Assembly: GCA_965248755.1 (NCBI GenBank)
Contig: OZ252149.1
Span: 3,840,001-3,904,000 of the forward strand
Source: Candidatus Latescibacterota bacterium
GTDB taxonomy: Bacteria > Latescibacterota > CBDEFO01
Length of the DNA stretch: 64,000 nucleotides
Reading direction: 5' to 3'
Both the position numbers and the translations under genes were made by a program. The first letter of the stretch is position 1. Each line of letters starts with the position of its first letter. Below are positions 19,961-30,818 of this stretch, piece by piece. A model generated the notes under the pieces. The model was not told the DNA's origin, did no database searches, and saw nothing but the letters and a program-made list of their open reading frames with translations.

Positions 19961-20205
19961 TAGATTTAAACCCCGTTTTTGCTTCTTAATATGCCGATTG
20001 GTCTGTCCTCCAGCAATCTACAATTTTGTATGTAACTGTAAGGCTAAGTATTAAAAATAATCGTGTATGAGAAAATTGTCAAGGACAATTCAAGGTTTTC
20101 TTTTTTTATTCTTTTGCCATGCATTTTGGTAAAGAATCTATTATATTGATAGAGGATAATGTTTATGAGTTTTGACACTGAACAGATCTAAGAAAAGAGG
20201 CACTA

Positions 20206-20556
20206 ATGAGCGACGTAACGATCTACCACAATCCTAAATGTAGTAAGAGCAGAGAAGTGCTATCTCTCCTTAAAGAACGGGGGATAGATCCTCATATCAT
20301 ACACTACTTGGAGACACCACCCGATGCTAAAAGCTTAGATGTGATCTTGAAGATGCTCGATATGGAGCCAAAAGACCTTATGCGCAAAAAGGAAGATGTC
20401 TACAGAAAGCTAAAGATAGATGACAGAGATCTCAGCAGGCAGGAGTCGATCCAGATAATAGTGGATAATCCTATTCTGATAGAGCGTCCTATCGTGGTAA
20501 AGGGGAACCGCGCAGCAATTGGCAGACCTGCTGAAAAGGTTCTGGCAATACTATGA
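20206..20556 (+). CDS. arsC: Arsenate reductase (glutaredoxin type)
   Basis: IYHNPKCSKSR, ILIERPIV, IGRP. Confidence 0.88.
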   Translation: MSDVTIYHNPKCSKSREVLSLLKERGIDPHIIHYLETPPDAKSLDVILKMLDMEPKDLMRKKEDVYRKLKIDDRDLSRQESIQIIVDNPILIERPIVVKGNRAAIGRPAEKVLAIL

Positions 20557-20585
20557 AGTATTTTGTCCTTTTGGAGCAAAAATTG

Positions 20586-20614
20586 TTGCCTTCTAATCCC
20601 CCTTTCTCTATAAT
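20586..20614 (+). promoter_or_regulatory. sigma70 promoter of tRNA-Leu
   Basis: TTGCCT-N17-TATAAT about 40 bp upstream of the tRNA. Confidence 0.6.
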
Positions 20615-20653
20615 TAGAAGTACTGACTGCTGTGTATAGAAATTATGCTATCT

Positions 20654-20740
20654 GCCGAAGTGGTGAAATTGGTAGACACACTGGTTTCAGGGACCAGCGG
20701 GGGCAACTCCATCCGGGTTCGAGTCCCGGCTTCGGCACCA
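20654..20740 (+). tRNA. tRNA-Leu(CAG)
   Basis: Acceptor GCCGAAG/CTTCGGC, anticodon arm CTGGT-TTCAGGG-ACCAG, long variable arm, GGTTCGAGTCC, encoded CCA. Confidence 0.96.
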
Positions 20741-20937
20741 ATAAGAACAAAAATTTACACATTGTCTACCGATCAGAAAAGTTAGCGTCCGGCTGTCCTT
20801 CTTTATTCTCAAAGACCGTATAGTCCGCACAGATCGAAGTCACCCCAGATCAAGCAGTAAGGCACAGTGGCAAAACTCGCATTCATCCTCCATGTCATGA
20901 CAGCAGAGATTGGACATTTTCTCCTGGAAACATAGAA

Positions 20938-22374
20938 ATGACGAACCTCAACGAATATGTAAATCCCTTGGTCGAAAGGTATGCAAGCGGAGAGATGATA
21001 TACAACTTCTCCCACAATAGGACCCTTTCGACTCAACGGGATCTCTGGATAGCCCTCGCTGAGTCCCAGAAGGAATTGGGTCTTCCTATAACGGATGAGC
21101 AGATTACGGAACTCAAGCTCCACAAAGACGATATCAACTACGAGGAGATAATAAGAAAGGAAAAAGAAGTCCGTCATGACATTGTGGCGCGCATCTACGC
21201 GTACGGACTCCAGTGTCCCAAGGCAAAGCCTATCATACACCTGGGAGCTACCAGTGCCTTCATAACTGATAATCTGGATCTCATCGTAATGAGAGACGGA
21301 CTCCTCATAATAAGAAAGAAACTCCTCAACGTCATCTCTGCCCTCAGAGACTTTGCGCTTGAGCACAAAGATCTCCCCACACTCTCGTTCACGCACTTCC
21401 AGCCTGCGCAATTGACCACAGTCGGAAAGAGAGCTTCGCTCTGGCTTCACGACCTCCTGATAGACTTTCACGATATCGAACACAGAACAGAGGTTCTCAA
21501 ATTCCGAGGAGTCAAAGGGACTACAGGCACGCAGGCGAGCTTCCTTGTGATATTCGATGGAGATGAGGAGAAGGTCAAGAAGCTGGATTCTACGGTAGCT
21601 CAAAAGATGGGCTTTGAAGGCTCCCTGCCGATCACGGGACAGACCTATACAAGGAAAATAGACAGCCAGATAGCGGGTCTGCTGTCGGGAATATCCCAAA
21701 GTGCCCATAAGTTCGGAAACGACATAAGGATCCTTCAGGGCTTAAAAGAGATCGAGGAGCCTTTTGAGAAGGATCAGGTGGGCTCGTCGGTCATGGCATA
21801 CAAGCGCAATCCTATGAGATGCGAGAGGATATGCGCGCTTTCCCGTTACGTCATAACTACCTCACAGAGTCCCGATTTCACAGCGGCCTCGCAATGGCTG
21901 GAAAGAACACTGGATGACTCGGCAAACAAAAGGATCACGATCCCAGAGATGTTCTTGGCCGTAGATGCGATTCTAATTCTGCTTCTGAACGTCACAACGG
22001 GATTAGTCGTTTATCCCAGGATGATAGAGAGACATATCCGCGAAGAGCTCCCCTTCATGGCTACTGAGAATATCATAGTGGAGATGGTCAAGAGGGGAGG
22101 GGATAGACAGGAGGCTCACGAAAGGATAAGAAAACACTCTATGGAAGCAGGTCGCAGGGTTAAAGAGGATGGCCTTGACAACGATTTCTTGGACCGCATC
22201 TCGAAAGACCCCTATTTCGACGTCACAGAGGCAGAACTTCTATCCATAACAGATCCTAAATCCTTCATAGGAAGAGCTCCGTCCCAGGTTAAAGAGTTTG
22301 TTCAGAACGAAGTAGATCCCATACTCGAAGAGAACAGTGAACTTCTGGGCATAAAGGCCGAGCTGAGAGTATAA
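20938..22374 (+). CDS. purB: Adenylosuccinate lyase
   Basis: IIHLGATS, FTHFQPAQLTTVGKR, GSSVMAYKRNP. Confidence 0.95.
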   Translation: MTNLNEYVNPLVERYASGEMIYNFSHNRTLSTQRDLWIALAESQKELGLPITDEQITELKLHKDDINYEEIIRKEKEVRHDIVARIYAYGLQCPKAKPIIHLGATSAFITDNLDLIVMRDGLLIIRKKLLNVISALRDFALEHKDLPTLSFTHFQPAQLTTVGKRASLWLHDLLIDFHDIEHRTEVLKFRGVKGTTGTQASFLVIFDGDEEKVKKLDSTVAQKMGFEGSLPITGQTYTRKIDSQIAGLLSGISQSAHKFGNDIRILQGLKEIEEPFEKDQVGSSVMAYKRNPMRCERICALSRYVITTSQSPDFTAASQWLERTLDDSANKRITIPEMFLAVDAILILLLNVTTGLVVYPRMIERHIREELPFMATENIIVEMVKRGGDRQEAHERIRKHSMEAGRRVKEDGLDNDFLDRISKDPYFDVTEAELLSITDPKSFIGRAPSQVKEFVQNEVDPILEENSELLGIKAELRV

Positions 22375-22500
22375 GGGTAAGAAAGAGTAGACAGTAGTCC
22401 CCGATCGCATCAATCGGGGACTATCGGGGATTCAATCCGGGGTAAACAGGGCATGGCTACCCATCCCTGTATGCTTTCTACTTATTTAGAGAGGACTTGT

Positions 22501-23859
22501 GTGTCCAGCTATTCATCTGAGAGGATGAGGCGCGACGGATATGAGATATTCAAGGCCGCTGTGCGGGCTGCAGATCCTGTCCAATGCGTAAGGAGAATAG
22601 TTCAATTTGACGGCGAGAGGATAAAGCTGGATGACACACAGCGGTCCCTTTGCATCGAATATTCCATTTGTGATCTGTCCAGAATCGTAGTGGTGGGAAC
22701 GGGGAAAGCCTCGACTCAGATGGCGCGAGCCTTAGAAGATATACTGGGAGACTGCATAACAGGAGGAGTGATAAACACCAAGTACCACCATGCTGTGGAT
22801 CTTCACAGGATAGAGGTGGTCGAATGTGGACATCCAATACCTGATCGAGAGGGCGTTGCTGGAACGCGAAAGCTCTTAAAGCTCCTCTGCCAGTTGGACG
22901 ACAAAGCCCTGGTCTTTTGCATGATCTCCGGCGGCGGTTCAGCCCTTATGCCCGCACCCGCCGATGGCCTGACACTATCTGAAAAACAAAAGACCACACA
23001 GCTCCTCTTGGAATGTGGAGCTACTATCTTTGAACTAAACGCAATAAGAAAACACCTGTCATCTGTCAAAGGCGGAGAGTTGGCAAGAGCCGCCTATCCC
23101 GCGAAGATCGCTTCTCTTATCCTCTCCGACGTAATCGGAGATCCCACGGACGTAATAGCATCAGGGCCCACAGCTCCGGATGAGAGCACATTTTTAGATT
23201 GTGTAGAGATACTTGAAAAATATAAGATGACAGATCAGCTTCCCCCAAAAGTGCTCCAGAGGCTCAGGCGCGGAGCTGACGGGGACATAGAAGAAACTCC
23301 CCAAAAGGACGACAGAATCTTTGCAAACTGCACAAATCTAATTGTAGGGAATAATCGTCTGTCCGTGGATGCTGCCAAAGACGTGGCCTCTCAACTTGGA
23401 TACAACACGCTCGTCCTTTCCACAAGGGTAGAGGGGGAAACTAAAGAAATAGCCAAAATGCACACGGCTATAGCCGTAGAAATTGCGTCTTCAAGGGTTC
23501 CTATCTCTCCGCCCGCTTGCGTCATAACGGGGGGCGAGACCACAGTTACAGTAAGGGGAAAGGGAAAAGGAGGAAGGAACCAGGAGTTTGTATTAGCGTC
23601 TGCCCTGGAGGTTCAGGACTGGCATAATATTGTAGTACTGAGCGCTGGAACCGACGGAACTGACGGCCCCACCGACGCCGCGGGAGCGATAGCGGATGGA
23701 AGCACAGTAAGAAGGGCTGAACAAATAGGATTATCCCCTGCAGAATACCTCAGAGACAACGACTCCTACGACTTCTTTAAGCCTTTAGACGACCTCATAA
23801 TAACCGGTCCCACCGGCACAAATGTGATGGACATAAGGTTGATGATGATCGGGGATTAG
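22501..23859 (+). CDS. Glycerate 2-kinase (MOFRL/DUF4147 family)
   Basis: GKAS, GHPIPD, ISGGGSAL, GGETTV...GGRNQE, GTDGTDGPT, TGPTGTNVMD. Confidence 0.92.
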   Translation: MSSYSSERMRRDGYEIFKAAVRAADPVQCVRRIVQFDGERIKLDDTQRSLCIEYSICDLSRIVVVGTGKASTQMARALEDILGDCITGGVINTKYHHAVDLHRIEVVECGHPIPDREGVAGTRKLLKLLCQLDDKALVFCMISGGGSALMPAPADGLTLSEKQKTTQLLLECGATIFELNAIRKHLSSVKGGELARAAYPAKIASLILSDVIGDPTDVIASGPTAPDESTFLDCVEILEKYKMTDQLPPKVLQRLRRGADGDIEETPQKDDRIFANCTNLIVGNNRLSVDAAKDVASQLGYNTLVLSTRVEGETKEIAKMHTAIAVEIASSRVPISPPACVITGGETTVTVRGKGKGGRNQEFVLASALEVQDWHNIVVLSAGTDGTDGPTDAAGAIADGSTVRRAEQIGLSPAEYLRDNDSYDFFKPLDDLIITGPTGTNVMDIRLMMIGD

Positions 23860-24210
23860 GTCCTTATCTTTCCTTATATGTGATTTCCCTTATCTGGGAT
23901 AGTTGATCTTCCGAATCTTTGAATAGTTGTCAGCAAGCAAACTGCCGACTTTACCAAAACTGAGTAGTTTGCAATTATTTTAGACTGAGAAATTTTCATT
24001 GACATCCAACATTTTCTTCCTTATCTTACGTTAAAGTCTATACGTGCATATTCAGGAATTCGCAAACACACAAATCGTTATGCCTCCTGCTGGAATTCAT
24101 TGATAAAAGTAAGATGAATGTCAAACTCCCCTGACTACATTGGAGAAGAAGGGGAACATTGCCAGGGGCAGTTGTTCATAGTGATGATGACTACATTTAG
24201 GAGCTAAATT

Positions 24211-24999
24211 ATGAGACCAAACAAACTTCGAGAGCTTTTGACTGCTGGGGAACCAACTATCGGCACTCATGTCCTCAACACCTGGCCGTCCATCGTCGAG
24301 TTCGTCGGACACACCGGTATGTTTGACTACGTTGAATTTGTGGCCGAGTACGCCCCGTTTGACCTGTATGCCCTTGACAATCTTTGTAGATCGGCTGAAC
24401 TGTTCGGCATGTCCAGCATGATCAAGGTTGACCAGGAACCCCGCGGTTTCCTCGCTCAACGCGCAATCGGATCTGGTTTCCAGAGCGTTTTGTTCGCCGA
24501 TTGTCGGTCGGTCGAAGAAGTGCGAGAGTGTGTTCGTATCGCTCGTCCCGATACACCCGAGGATAACGGCACGTATGGTGTTGCGACGCGCCGCTTCTCC
24601 TACATGGGGTACGGCGGAGCACCTGAGTACATTCAGGCACTTCGGGATGTCGTCGTGGTACTTATGATTGAGAAGAAGGGGGCTGTAGATCAGATAGAGG
24701 AAGTTCTGTCGGTGGAGGGTGTAGATATGATCCAGTGGGGTCCGTCGGACTATTCTATGAACGTCGGTCGGCCAGGCCAGGGTGGCTCACCGGAAATCAA
24801 AGCGATCGAGCGCAAGGTATGTGAAACCGCGGTTAAGATGGGTGTGCCGCCGCGCGCTGAGATCGGAAGCATTGATCAGGCTAAATACTATCTCGATTTG
24901 GGAGTACGCCATTTCTGTATCGGTACCGACATATCTATTCTATACGAATGGTGGAAGGTCAACGGTGAGGGCTTGCGGAAAGTGATATCCGATGCGTAG
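24211..24999 (+). CDS. HpcH/HpaI family aldolase
   Basis: DYVEFVAEY, LMIEK, GVD...GPSD. Confidence 0.85.
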   Translation: MRPNKLRELLTAGEPTIGTHVLNTWPSIVEFVGHTGMFDYVEFVAEYAPFDLYALDNLCRSAELFGMSSMIKVDQEPRGFLAQRAIGSGFQSVLFADCRSVEEVRECVRIARPDTPEDNGTYGVATRRFSYMGYGGAPEYIQALRDVVVVLMIEKKGAVDQIEEVLSVEGVDMIQWGPSDYSMNVGRPGQGGSPEIKAIERKVCETAVKMGVPPRAEIGSIDQAKYYLDLGVRHFCIGTDISILYEWWKVNGEGLRKVISDA

Positions 25000-25176
25000 G
25001 CCATATGGCGTCCATAATAATTCGCAAAAGCTGAGACGCTGCAGGCGGATGCCTTTGTTGGCGGTCCTAGTTGCCAAGTCATCCGTTGCGTTGTTAGGTG
25101 ACGTAGCAATCCCCCTTGCGACTTAGCTCGGGCCCGTACGACAAATTTCCACAAGAGCTCAGAAAGTATTGAATAC

Positions 25177-25206
25177 AAAGCCCGTCAGACATCAATGACG
25201 GGCTTT
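25177..25206. terminator. Probable bidirectional intrinsic terminator
   Basis: AAAGCCCGTCA / TGACGGGCTTT perfect 11-bp inverted repeat between convergent genes. Confidence 0.6.
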
Positions 25207-25349
25207 GCTTTGGTCATTTAAATACTGCTCACTTTAGAAAAGTGGACAATCCCTAAAAAGGCCTGTGGACTGCTCTGTCTACTGGGCAAGGTTAGTTCGC
25301 CCCTACTGTCTTTCCCTTTTCCCTGTCTACTGTTTGCTGCCTACTTATT

Positions 25350-26294
25350 TCAGTCTATGTCGTATGCGTAGTTCCGGGCGAAGAACTTCAGAGGGTCTTC
25401 GTATTTTCCATTGTGCTTGACTGCATAGTGGAGATGCGGGGCTGTACTGCGCCCGCTCCTTCCCATCTCTCCGATCTGCTGCCACCTTTGGATATCTTGA
25501 CCCTTCTTCACAAGTATCTTATCGAGATGACCGTAGATAGTGGTATATCCGTACTTGTGTTCTAATATTATGTACCAGCCCAACCATGTGTTACTTCCAG
25601 TTGCGCTTACCATACCGTCCGCCGTGGAATATATAGGCGTCCCTTTTCTGCCTGCGATGTCGATCCCATTGTGTTTGAGTTTTTTGCCTTTGAAAGGATC
25701 TGTCCTGAATCCGAATCCTGAGGAGATATAAGAGCCTGGACCTGTGGGATCAATCGACGGAGTATAGTCCAACCTGTCTTTATCGTTATTCAGCTTATCA
25801 GCAATCTCCTGAAAGCTTTGATGTTCCAGGTCAGCTTCTCTTAAGAGTTGATCCAAATCTATCTTGACTTCCTTTACAAGATAGCCGGCCATAGGCGGTA
25901 GACTGTAGTTGTCAGCATCCTCCAATATGGCATCCTCTCCACCTCCGATGCCCATCATTCTCGTGTCGCCATCTATGGAAGGAAGGTCTGCTAAAATCCT
26001 CAGCTTTTCGTCCTCTCTGACCAGCCCCGCCATCTTCTGCTTCAAAAGATTGAGTTCTACTCCGATATCCTCAAGCTCATTCATCAAAGAGCCGTTTTCG
26101 GCTGTGGCTCTTCCGATTTGCTTCTCTTGACTTACCTTGTCGAAATATCCGAAAGCAAAGAATAACAGCGATAGAACCATCGCTCCCAAAATTGTGGTTG
26201 CCCCCCACAAGAGCCGATGAGAGATTCTTAAACTTTTGGGTTCATCAACGCCCCCTTGTGGGATAACCATCAACGTCAGGTGTTTTCTTGCCAT
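25350..26294 (-). CDS. M23 family metallopeptidase
   Basis: N-terminal TM plus coiled coil; HNGID, YGHL, STAPHLHY. Confidence 0.92.
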   Translation of the reverse strand: MARKHLTLMVIPQGGVDEPKSLRISHRLLWGATTILGAMVLSLLFFAFGYFDKVSQEKQIGRATAENGSLMNELEDIGVELNLLKQKMAGLVREDEKLRILADLPSIDGDTRMMGIGGGEDAILEDADNYSLPPMAGYLVKEVKIDLDQLLREADLEHQSFQEIADKLNNDKDRLDYTPSIDPTGPGSYISSGFGFRTDPFKGKKLKHNGIDIAGRKGTPIYSTADGMVSATGSNTWLGWYIILEHKYGYTTIYGHLDKILVKKGQDIQRWQQIGEMGRSGRSTAPHLHYAVKHNGKYEDPLKFFARNYAYDID

Positions 26295-26489
26295 ATGAAA
26301 TATCCCTCCCTTTTATCGATTATATTGCTTTGAAATTGGCTATTTCAAAAAAGGCGATTGAATATAAGGATTTTGGCGCCTGTTGTCAAGGGGCAAATTT
26401 CACTTTTTGACAATTCTGCTCTAACTGCCGACAGAACTAGTCCTCGATAGAACCCTCCCCGATTGCTTCTATCGAGGAGCAATCGAGAT

Positions 26490-27467
26490 TCACCGACAGG
26501 ATTCTCGTAGGAGGGCCTCTGAAGCTTCGTAAGGATCGATTTTCCGTTCCGCCGTCTGATCTACGAGATTCTGGAGTCTTTCTTGATTCTGAGTGTCGTG
26601 TAATATCTGCGCTTTTATCCTGTCTTCGACCATCCTTACGATTTCAAACTCCATCTGCTTTCGCCGCTTTAAGGTCAAAAGTCCGTTGTTCTCTAAATAC
26701 AATCTGTGAGCGGATATACTCTTATAGAGTTTTTCTATTCCGCTCCCATTTACTGCCTCTGTGAGACACAAGGGGGGCATCCATTCTCCCATATTGGGAT
26801 TCGATTCCAACGCCGACTTTAACTCCGACGCAAGCTTCCCTGATCCGTCTCTATCGGCTTTGTTCACCACAAATATGTCAGCTATTTCCATAAGGCCTGC
26901 TTTCATGATCTGAACAGAATCCCCCGACTCCGGAACCAACACCAGGACAGCGGTATCTGCGCTTTCAGCGATGTCCAACTCCTGCTGTCCCACGCCTACA
27001 GTCTCCACTATAACGTAGTCCATACCCATAGCGTCCAGGATCCTTATTCCATCTCTTGTGGCCCTTGAAAGTCCTCCGGAGCTCTGACGGCTGCCCATGC
27101 TCCGTATGAAAACTCCCGGATCCAGATAGTGCCGCTGCATCCTAATCCTGTCTCCAAGCAGAGCACCTCCGCTGAATGGACTCGTAGCATCTACGGCGAT
27201 TATTCCTACCGTCTCTTCCTCATCCCCGATTGAATCTATCGGGGACCTAATTTCCTGGGTAAGAGCATCTACCAGCGTACTCTTGCCCGCTCCCGGAGGT
27301 CCCGTAATCCCGATCGTGTAAGCCTTTCCCGTATGGGGATAGATACTCTTCATATATTCTATAAAGTCGGGATGCCCATTTTCCGCTAAACTGATAAGGC
27401 GCGCTGCCGCACTCTTATCTCCTGAAAGGAGTCTTTTTACAAGCTTCATGAGACGATCTGCATCCAT
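26490..27467 (-). CDS. meaB: Methylmalonyl-CoA mutase-associated GTPase MeaB
   Basis: GITGPPGAGKST, GGALLGDRIRM, VETVGVGQ, NKAD; TAATG coupling to the upstream B12-domain gene. Confidence 0.93.
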   Translation of the reverse strand: MDADRLMKLVKRLLSGDKSAAARLISLAENGHPDFIEYMKSIYPHTGKAYTIGITGPPGAGKSTLVDALTQEIRSPIDSIGDEEETVGIIAVDATSPFSGGALLGDRIRMQRHYLDPGVFIRSMGSRQSSGGLSRATRDGIRILDAMGMDYVIVETVGVGQQELDIAESADTAVLVLVPESGDSVQIMKAGLMEIADIFVVNKADRDGSGKLASELKSALESNPNMGEWMPPLCLTEAVNGSGIEKLYKSISAHRLYLENNGLLTLKRRKQMEFEIVRMVEDRIKAQILHDTQNQERLQNLVDQTAERKIDPYEASEALLRESCR

Positions 27468-27871
27468 TACGAGAGGACATTTCTGATATACTCTATGATC
27501 TGGCCCGTATGCGTTCCGGGACTCCATATCTCCGCAACGCCCTCCTCTTTTAGGGCCTCCCTGTCCTCGGGCAGTATCGTCCCGCCCCCTATTACCAGGA
27601 TGTCGTCAGCTTGCCTTTCTTTCAAAAGAGACAATACCCTTGGGAAGATAGTCATATGAGCACCCGAAAGGACGCTTATTCCGATAATGTCCACGTCCTC
27701 CTGTATAGCGCTCTCTACGACTTCCTCCGCCGTCCGATGCAGCCCCGTATAGATGACCTCCATACCCGCATCTCTCAGAGCCCTTGCGACGACTTTCACT
27801 CCTCTGTCGTGCCCGTCCAGGCCAACCTTGGCCAGGAGTATCCTTATTCTTCTGTCTCTAGCGTCCTCCAT
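27467..27871 (-). CDS. Cobalamin-binding small subunit of an acyl-CoA mutase
   Basis: [31 protein letters not shown]. Confidence 0.92.
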   Translation of the reverse strand: MEDARDRRIRILLAKVGLDGHDRGVKVVARALRDAGMEVIYTGLHRTAEEVVESAIQEDVDIIGISVLSGAHMTIFPRVLSLLKERQADDILVIGGGTILPEDREALKEEGVAEIWSPGTHTGQIIEYIRNVLS

Positions 27872-28120
27872 CCTCACCGGCTTCATCTCTTTCTTGGTAG
27901 TTCTCCCTTGGGTAGTTCTCTCTTGCAGAAGTGCACTATCTTCAAGCTTGTTTCGCTGACCCTTGGCTTCACGCTGAGCTTCCCTGATCCCCGATAGATT
28001 CAATCGCGCACTCGCAACGACGGTTTATATGTGTCTTTTAGTACTTCACCGGCCTTCAGTCATTGCGGCGGGTAAAACCCCGAGGCAATCTCATCTGTCT
28101 GATGACTACTGGCTACTTAT

Positions 28121-28588
28121 TTAGTTCTTCGATGATAAATCAGATACCTTTGGCTCGACTGACCTTTCAAAATCCTTGTACGACAACCGGATCAATTCGG
28201 TGTGGGAACCTGCGTTAAAGGCAACCTCCTCGTCTTCGGCCAGACTCTCCGCCACAAAGACTTCCATTCCGTAAAGATTTCCAAATGGTGGCATAGCACC
28301 GACTTGGCACTCTGGAAACATGTGTTCGAAGTCTTGTTCCGTGGCAACATCAACTGTTTTCGCTCCGGCAGGTTGCTTTAACCGGTCCACATCGACCCTA
28401 AGGGACGCTGCTAAGACCGCCTGTGCCATTTTGCCATCATCTTAACCATAAACTACCTTGGCCAACTCCTTTCCCGGAATGTGAGCGGATGCTGCAATCT
28501 CCATAGCGGTGTAGGCTTCAGAGTGACTGGTGGTCACGTATTTTATTGCATTGCTGTCCAGAAACTCTCGTAATTTGCGTACGGGCAT
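28121..28588 (-). pseudogene. YbaK/EbsC family tRNA deacylase with in-frame stop
   Basis: [11 protein letters not shown]...ELAK then TAA (28442-28444) produced by compensating +1/-1 T indels, then ...GAMPPFG...FNAGSH. Confidence 0.75.
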
Positions 28589-28745
28589 GATTATGTGCTC
28601 CTTCTAGCTCAACTCTCCACCAGACACTTTCACTCATAAGAGGGGAGTCTGCTATAGTACTCGACGACGTTGCTCATGATAATCTTAAGTTTCTACAGCT
28701 AAATTAGGTAGACAGGGGCACATCCTCTCTTCACGCTGTGTTCTC

Positions 28746-28881
28746 GTAGGGGCAGACCCGCGTGTCTGCCCTCTAGATACGGATAAATCGGGCGAACACA
28801 TGGGTTCACCCCTACATATGCCTGCTGAAAGGGCGAGTGGACCCCCGATTCAACCTTTCGGGGGCAGGCCTCGCCCCTACA
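28746..28881. repeat. GTAG-type REP-like hairpins (GTAGGGGC...GCCCCTAC; representative cluster)
   Basis: Related copies near 12582, 36893, 43972-44030, 46561, 52822, 56534, 57370-57429. Confidence 0.8.
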
Positions 28882-28899
28882 TTCTATCTACTCGTTTGG

Positions 28900-29763
28900 T
28901 TACCAGAGTTCAAGGCTCATCAATTCCTCACCGAAGATGATTTCGCCCCCGTAGATACGTGCGATATCTCCTATGCCCCTTTCTCTTGAGCCCGGGGCTG
29001 CAAGATGTGGTCCAGTGTGCGCGAGGATCAGTTTCTTGGCACCTGACTCCTCCGCCAATTTAGCCGCATCGAGGGTCCCTGTCTGACCTGGTGCTTCCCC
29101 GTTTTCCTCCATTGTCTCCTGGTGATCCCAACAGTTGGCTATAAGGACATCAGCGCCGCGGGCCAGCTTACTTACCGACTCGCAGGGGCCTGTATCGCTG
29201 GCAAAGACGATACAGCCTTCATCTGTATCGACTCGGTAGGCGAGTGATTCGAGCCAGGGCTCAAAATGGTGGGCGTGCGCGGCACTTACCCTCCAACTAT
29301 CATGCTCCATCACTCTTCCAGGACCCACATCGCTAACGTCCAAAGCAGGCTCAGGGCGCGGCAACGAGCCGCCGCGATTTACATGTACTCTCTGGCTGCC
29401 TGGTGCTCCCACACGCGCCTTCCAATCGTGGGAGAACGCTCCATCTGTCCCGATGATGCGCTCGGTGATCCACTCGGTAGGAGGAGGTCCCAAGACCTGT
29501 AACCTATTTTCTTTACCTGTGCTTTGGTCCCAACGGCACAGCAGGAAGCATGGATAATCGGAATTATGGTCAAAGTGGTGATGGGTAAAAAAGAGATAAT
29601 CTATCTGTGTCGGGAACAGACCCGCTTTAACGAGCTTATATGTGGCGGCTGGACCACAATCGAACATCAGATAGTCATCCTCTAACTGCAGGACAAATGA
29701 GGTCCCAAACCGCGACTTTGTGGGAGTTGGAGTGCCTGTACCAAGTAAATACAGTTTTCTCAT
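28900..29763 (-). CDS. MBL-fold metallo-hydrolase (RNase Z/AtsA-like)
   Basis: LLGTGTP, FDCG, THHHFDH, SDT. Confidence 0.85.
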   Translation of the reverse strand: MRKLYLLGTGTPTPTKSRFGTSFVLQLEDDYLMFDCGPAATYKLVKAGLFPTQIDYLFFTHHHFDHNSDYPCFLLCRWDQSTGKENRLQVLGPPPTEWITERIIGTDGAFSHDWKARVGAPGSQRVHVNRGGSLPRPEPALDVSDVGPGRVMEHDSWRVSAAHAHHFEPWLESLAYRVDTDEGCIVFASDTGPCESVSKLARGADVLIANCWDHQETMEENGEAPGQTGTLDAAKLAEESGAKKLILAHTGPHLAAPGSRERGIGDIARIYGGEIIFGEELMSLELW

Positions 29764-30800
29764 CTTACCTTTCCTCTCGCTTCGACCTTCCATATGACTT
29801 CGACCTTGCCGTTCCTGACGGCTACCACCTCATCGTGCAGATTTGTAGTCATCCCCTGATGAGTCGGTATCACAGAGAGCCTTTCGCCCACTTTAAACCT
29901 GTTAGAGCACTTGCTTGTGTTCAGGTGCCCGTGCTCCACAGACATAGCGTATATTTCAAGCTCAGGATACTCCATCACATAGCCGTAAGGCGTGGGAGGA
30001 TAACTTGTGAAGGTCTTCTCTCCGCCGTCAATTATGATCCTGTCGGGAGCCGGAGTGCTCACCACCGTTACGATCATACGCATAGCACACGTTTCCGGGT
30101 TCAGTGTGCCGTGTCCCACCCTTGTCATCCCTTCAAAGGCGTAGGAACCCATGCGGGTCTCTGTGCAGCCTATCTCCTTGGACACTGCCTCTGTTCCCGT
30201 TCCGCCTCCGCTGATGATGTTGACAGGGATATTCTCAGCCTCTAAAAGCTCCACAGTCCTTCTTATAAACGTTTCAGCTTCGATTGTGCTCGGATAGGTC
30301 ATAATGCCCTGGAAATCGAGGCCGGGCATCTTGACGATCCTCTTTGCGAGTTTTAAAGCCGCCTCAGGAGACTGAACGCCGCACCTCTTTCCTCCCGTGT
30401 CTAATTCGATGATGACTCGGACTTTGCAGTTGTCCATTTGTGCCTGTCTTGAAATACCCAGGGACGCATCCTCCGAGTCCACAGCCACAGTTACAATAGC
30501 CCTTCGTAACAATCTTGTCAATCGCTCCAATTTCCCTTTTCCCACGATATTGTAGGGGATTAAAATGTCCCTGATCCCAGTGGCGCACATAACCTCAGCC
30601 TCACCCAACTTTTGGCAGACTATGCCTATCGCCCCAGCCTCCAACTGCATGTGTGCGATCTCGGGGATCTTATGAGTCTTTATGTGGGCTCTCAAATTGA
30701 TGTCGTGTTTGCGGCAGGAGTCCGCTGCATTTCTTATGTTCTTTTCTAGAATAGCCAGATCCACAGTCAAGGCAGGGGTGTCCAGATCATCTACGGTCAT
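29760..30800 (-). CDS. D-threonine aldolase/DSD1-type PLP enzyme (alanine racemase fold)
   Basis: LDTPAL, RAHIKTHK, KLGEAE, SGGGT, DGG.K, EHG. Confidence 0.85.
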   Translation of the reverse strand: MTVDDLDTPALTVDLAILEKNIRNAADSCRKHDINLRAHIKTHKIPEIAHMQLEAGAIGIVCQKLGEAEVMCATGIRDILIPYNIVGKGKLERLTRLLRRAIVTVAVDSEDASLGISRQAQMDNCKVRVIIELDTGGKRCGVQSPEAALKLAKRIVKMPGLDFQGIMTYPSTIEAETFIRRTVELLEAENIPVNIISGGGTGTEAVSKEIGCTETRMGSYAFEGMTRVGHGTLNPETCAMRMIVTVVSTPAPDRIIIDGGEKTFTSYPPTPYGYVMEYPELEIYAMSVEHGHLNTSKCSNRFKVGERLSVIPTHQGMTTNLHDEVVAVRNGKVEVIWKVEARGKVR

Positions 30801-30818
30801 TGAGTTCTCCTGTTCTAT

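Noticed and set aside
20632..20823. 63-aa ORF
   Set aside because: Overlaps tRNA-Leu; spurious
20654..20940. Island integrated at tRNA-Leu
   Set aside because: No integrase and no duplicated tRNA 3' end seen; purB follows directly
20809..21708. Long antisense ORFs (this one and others such as 51173-51889, 38394-39023, 58826-59506)
   Set aside because: Shadows of well-supported genes on the opposite strand; no recognisable motifs
25010..25102. Integron attC site ending GTTAGGT
   Set aside because: No matching RYYYAAC box and no integrase in the window
27872..28003. N-terminal extension of the B12-binding subunit
   Set aside because: Begins within an intergenic family A palindrome; homology starts at MEDARD
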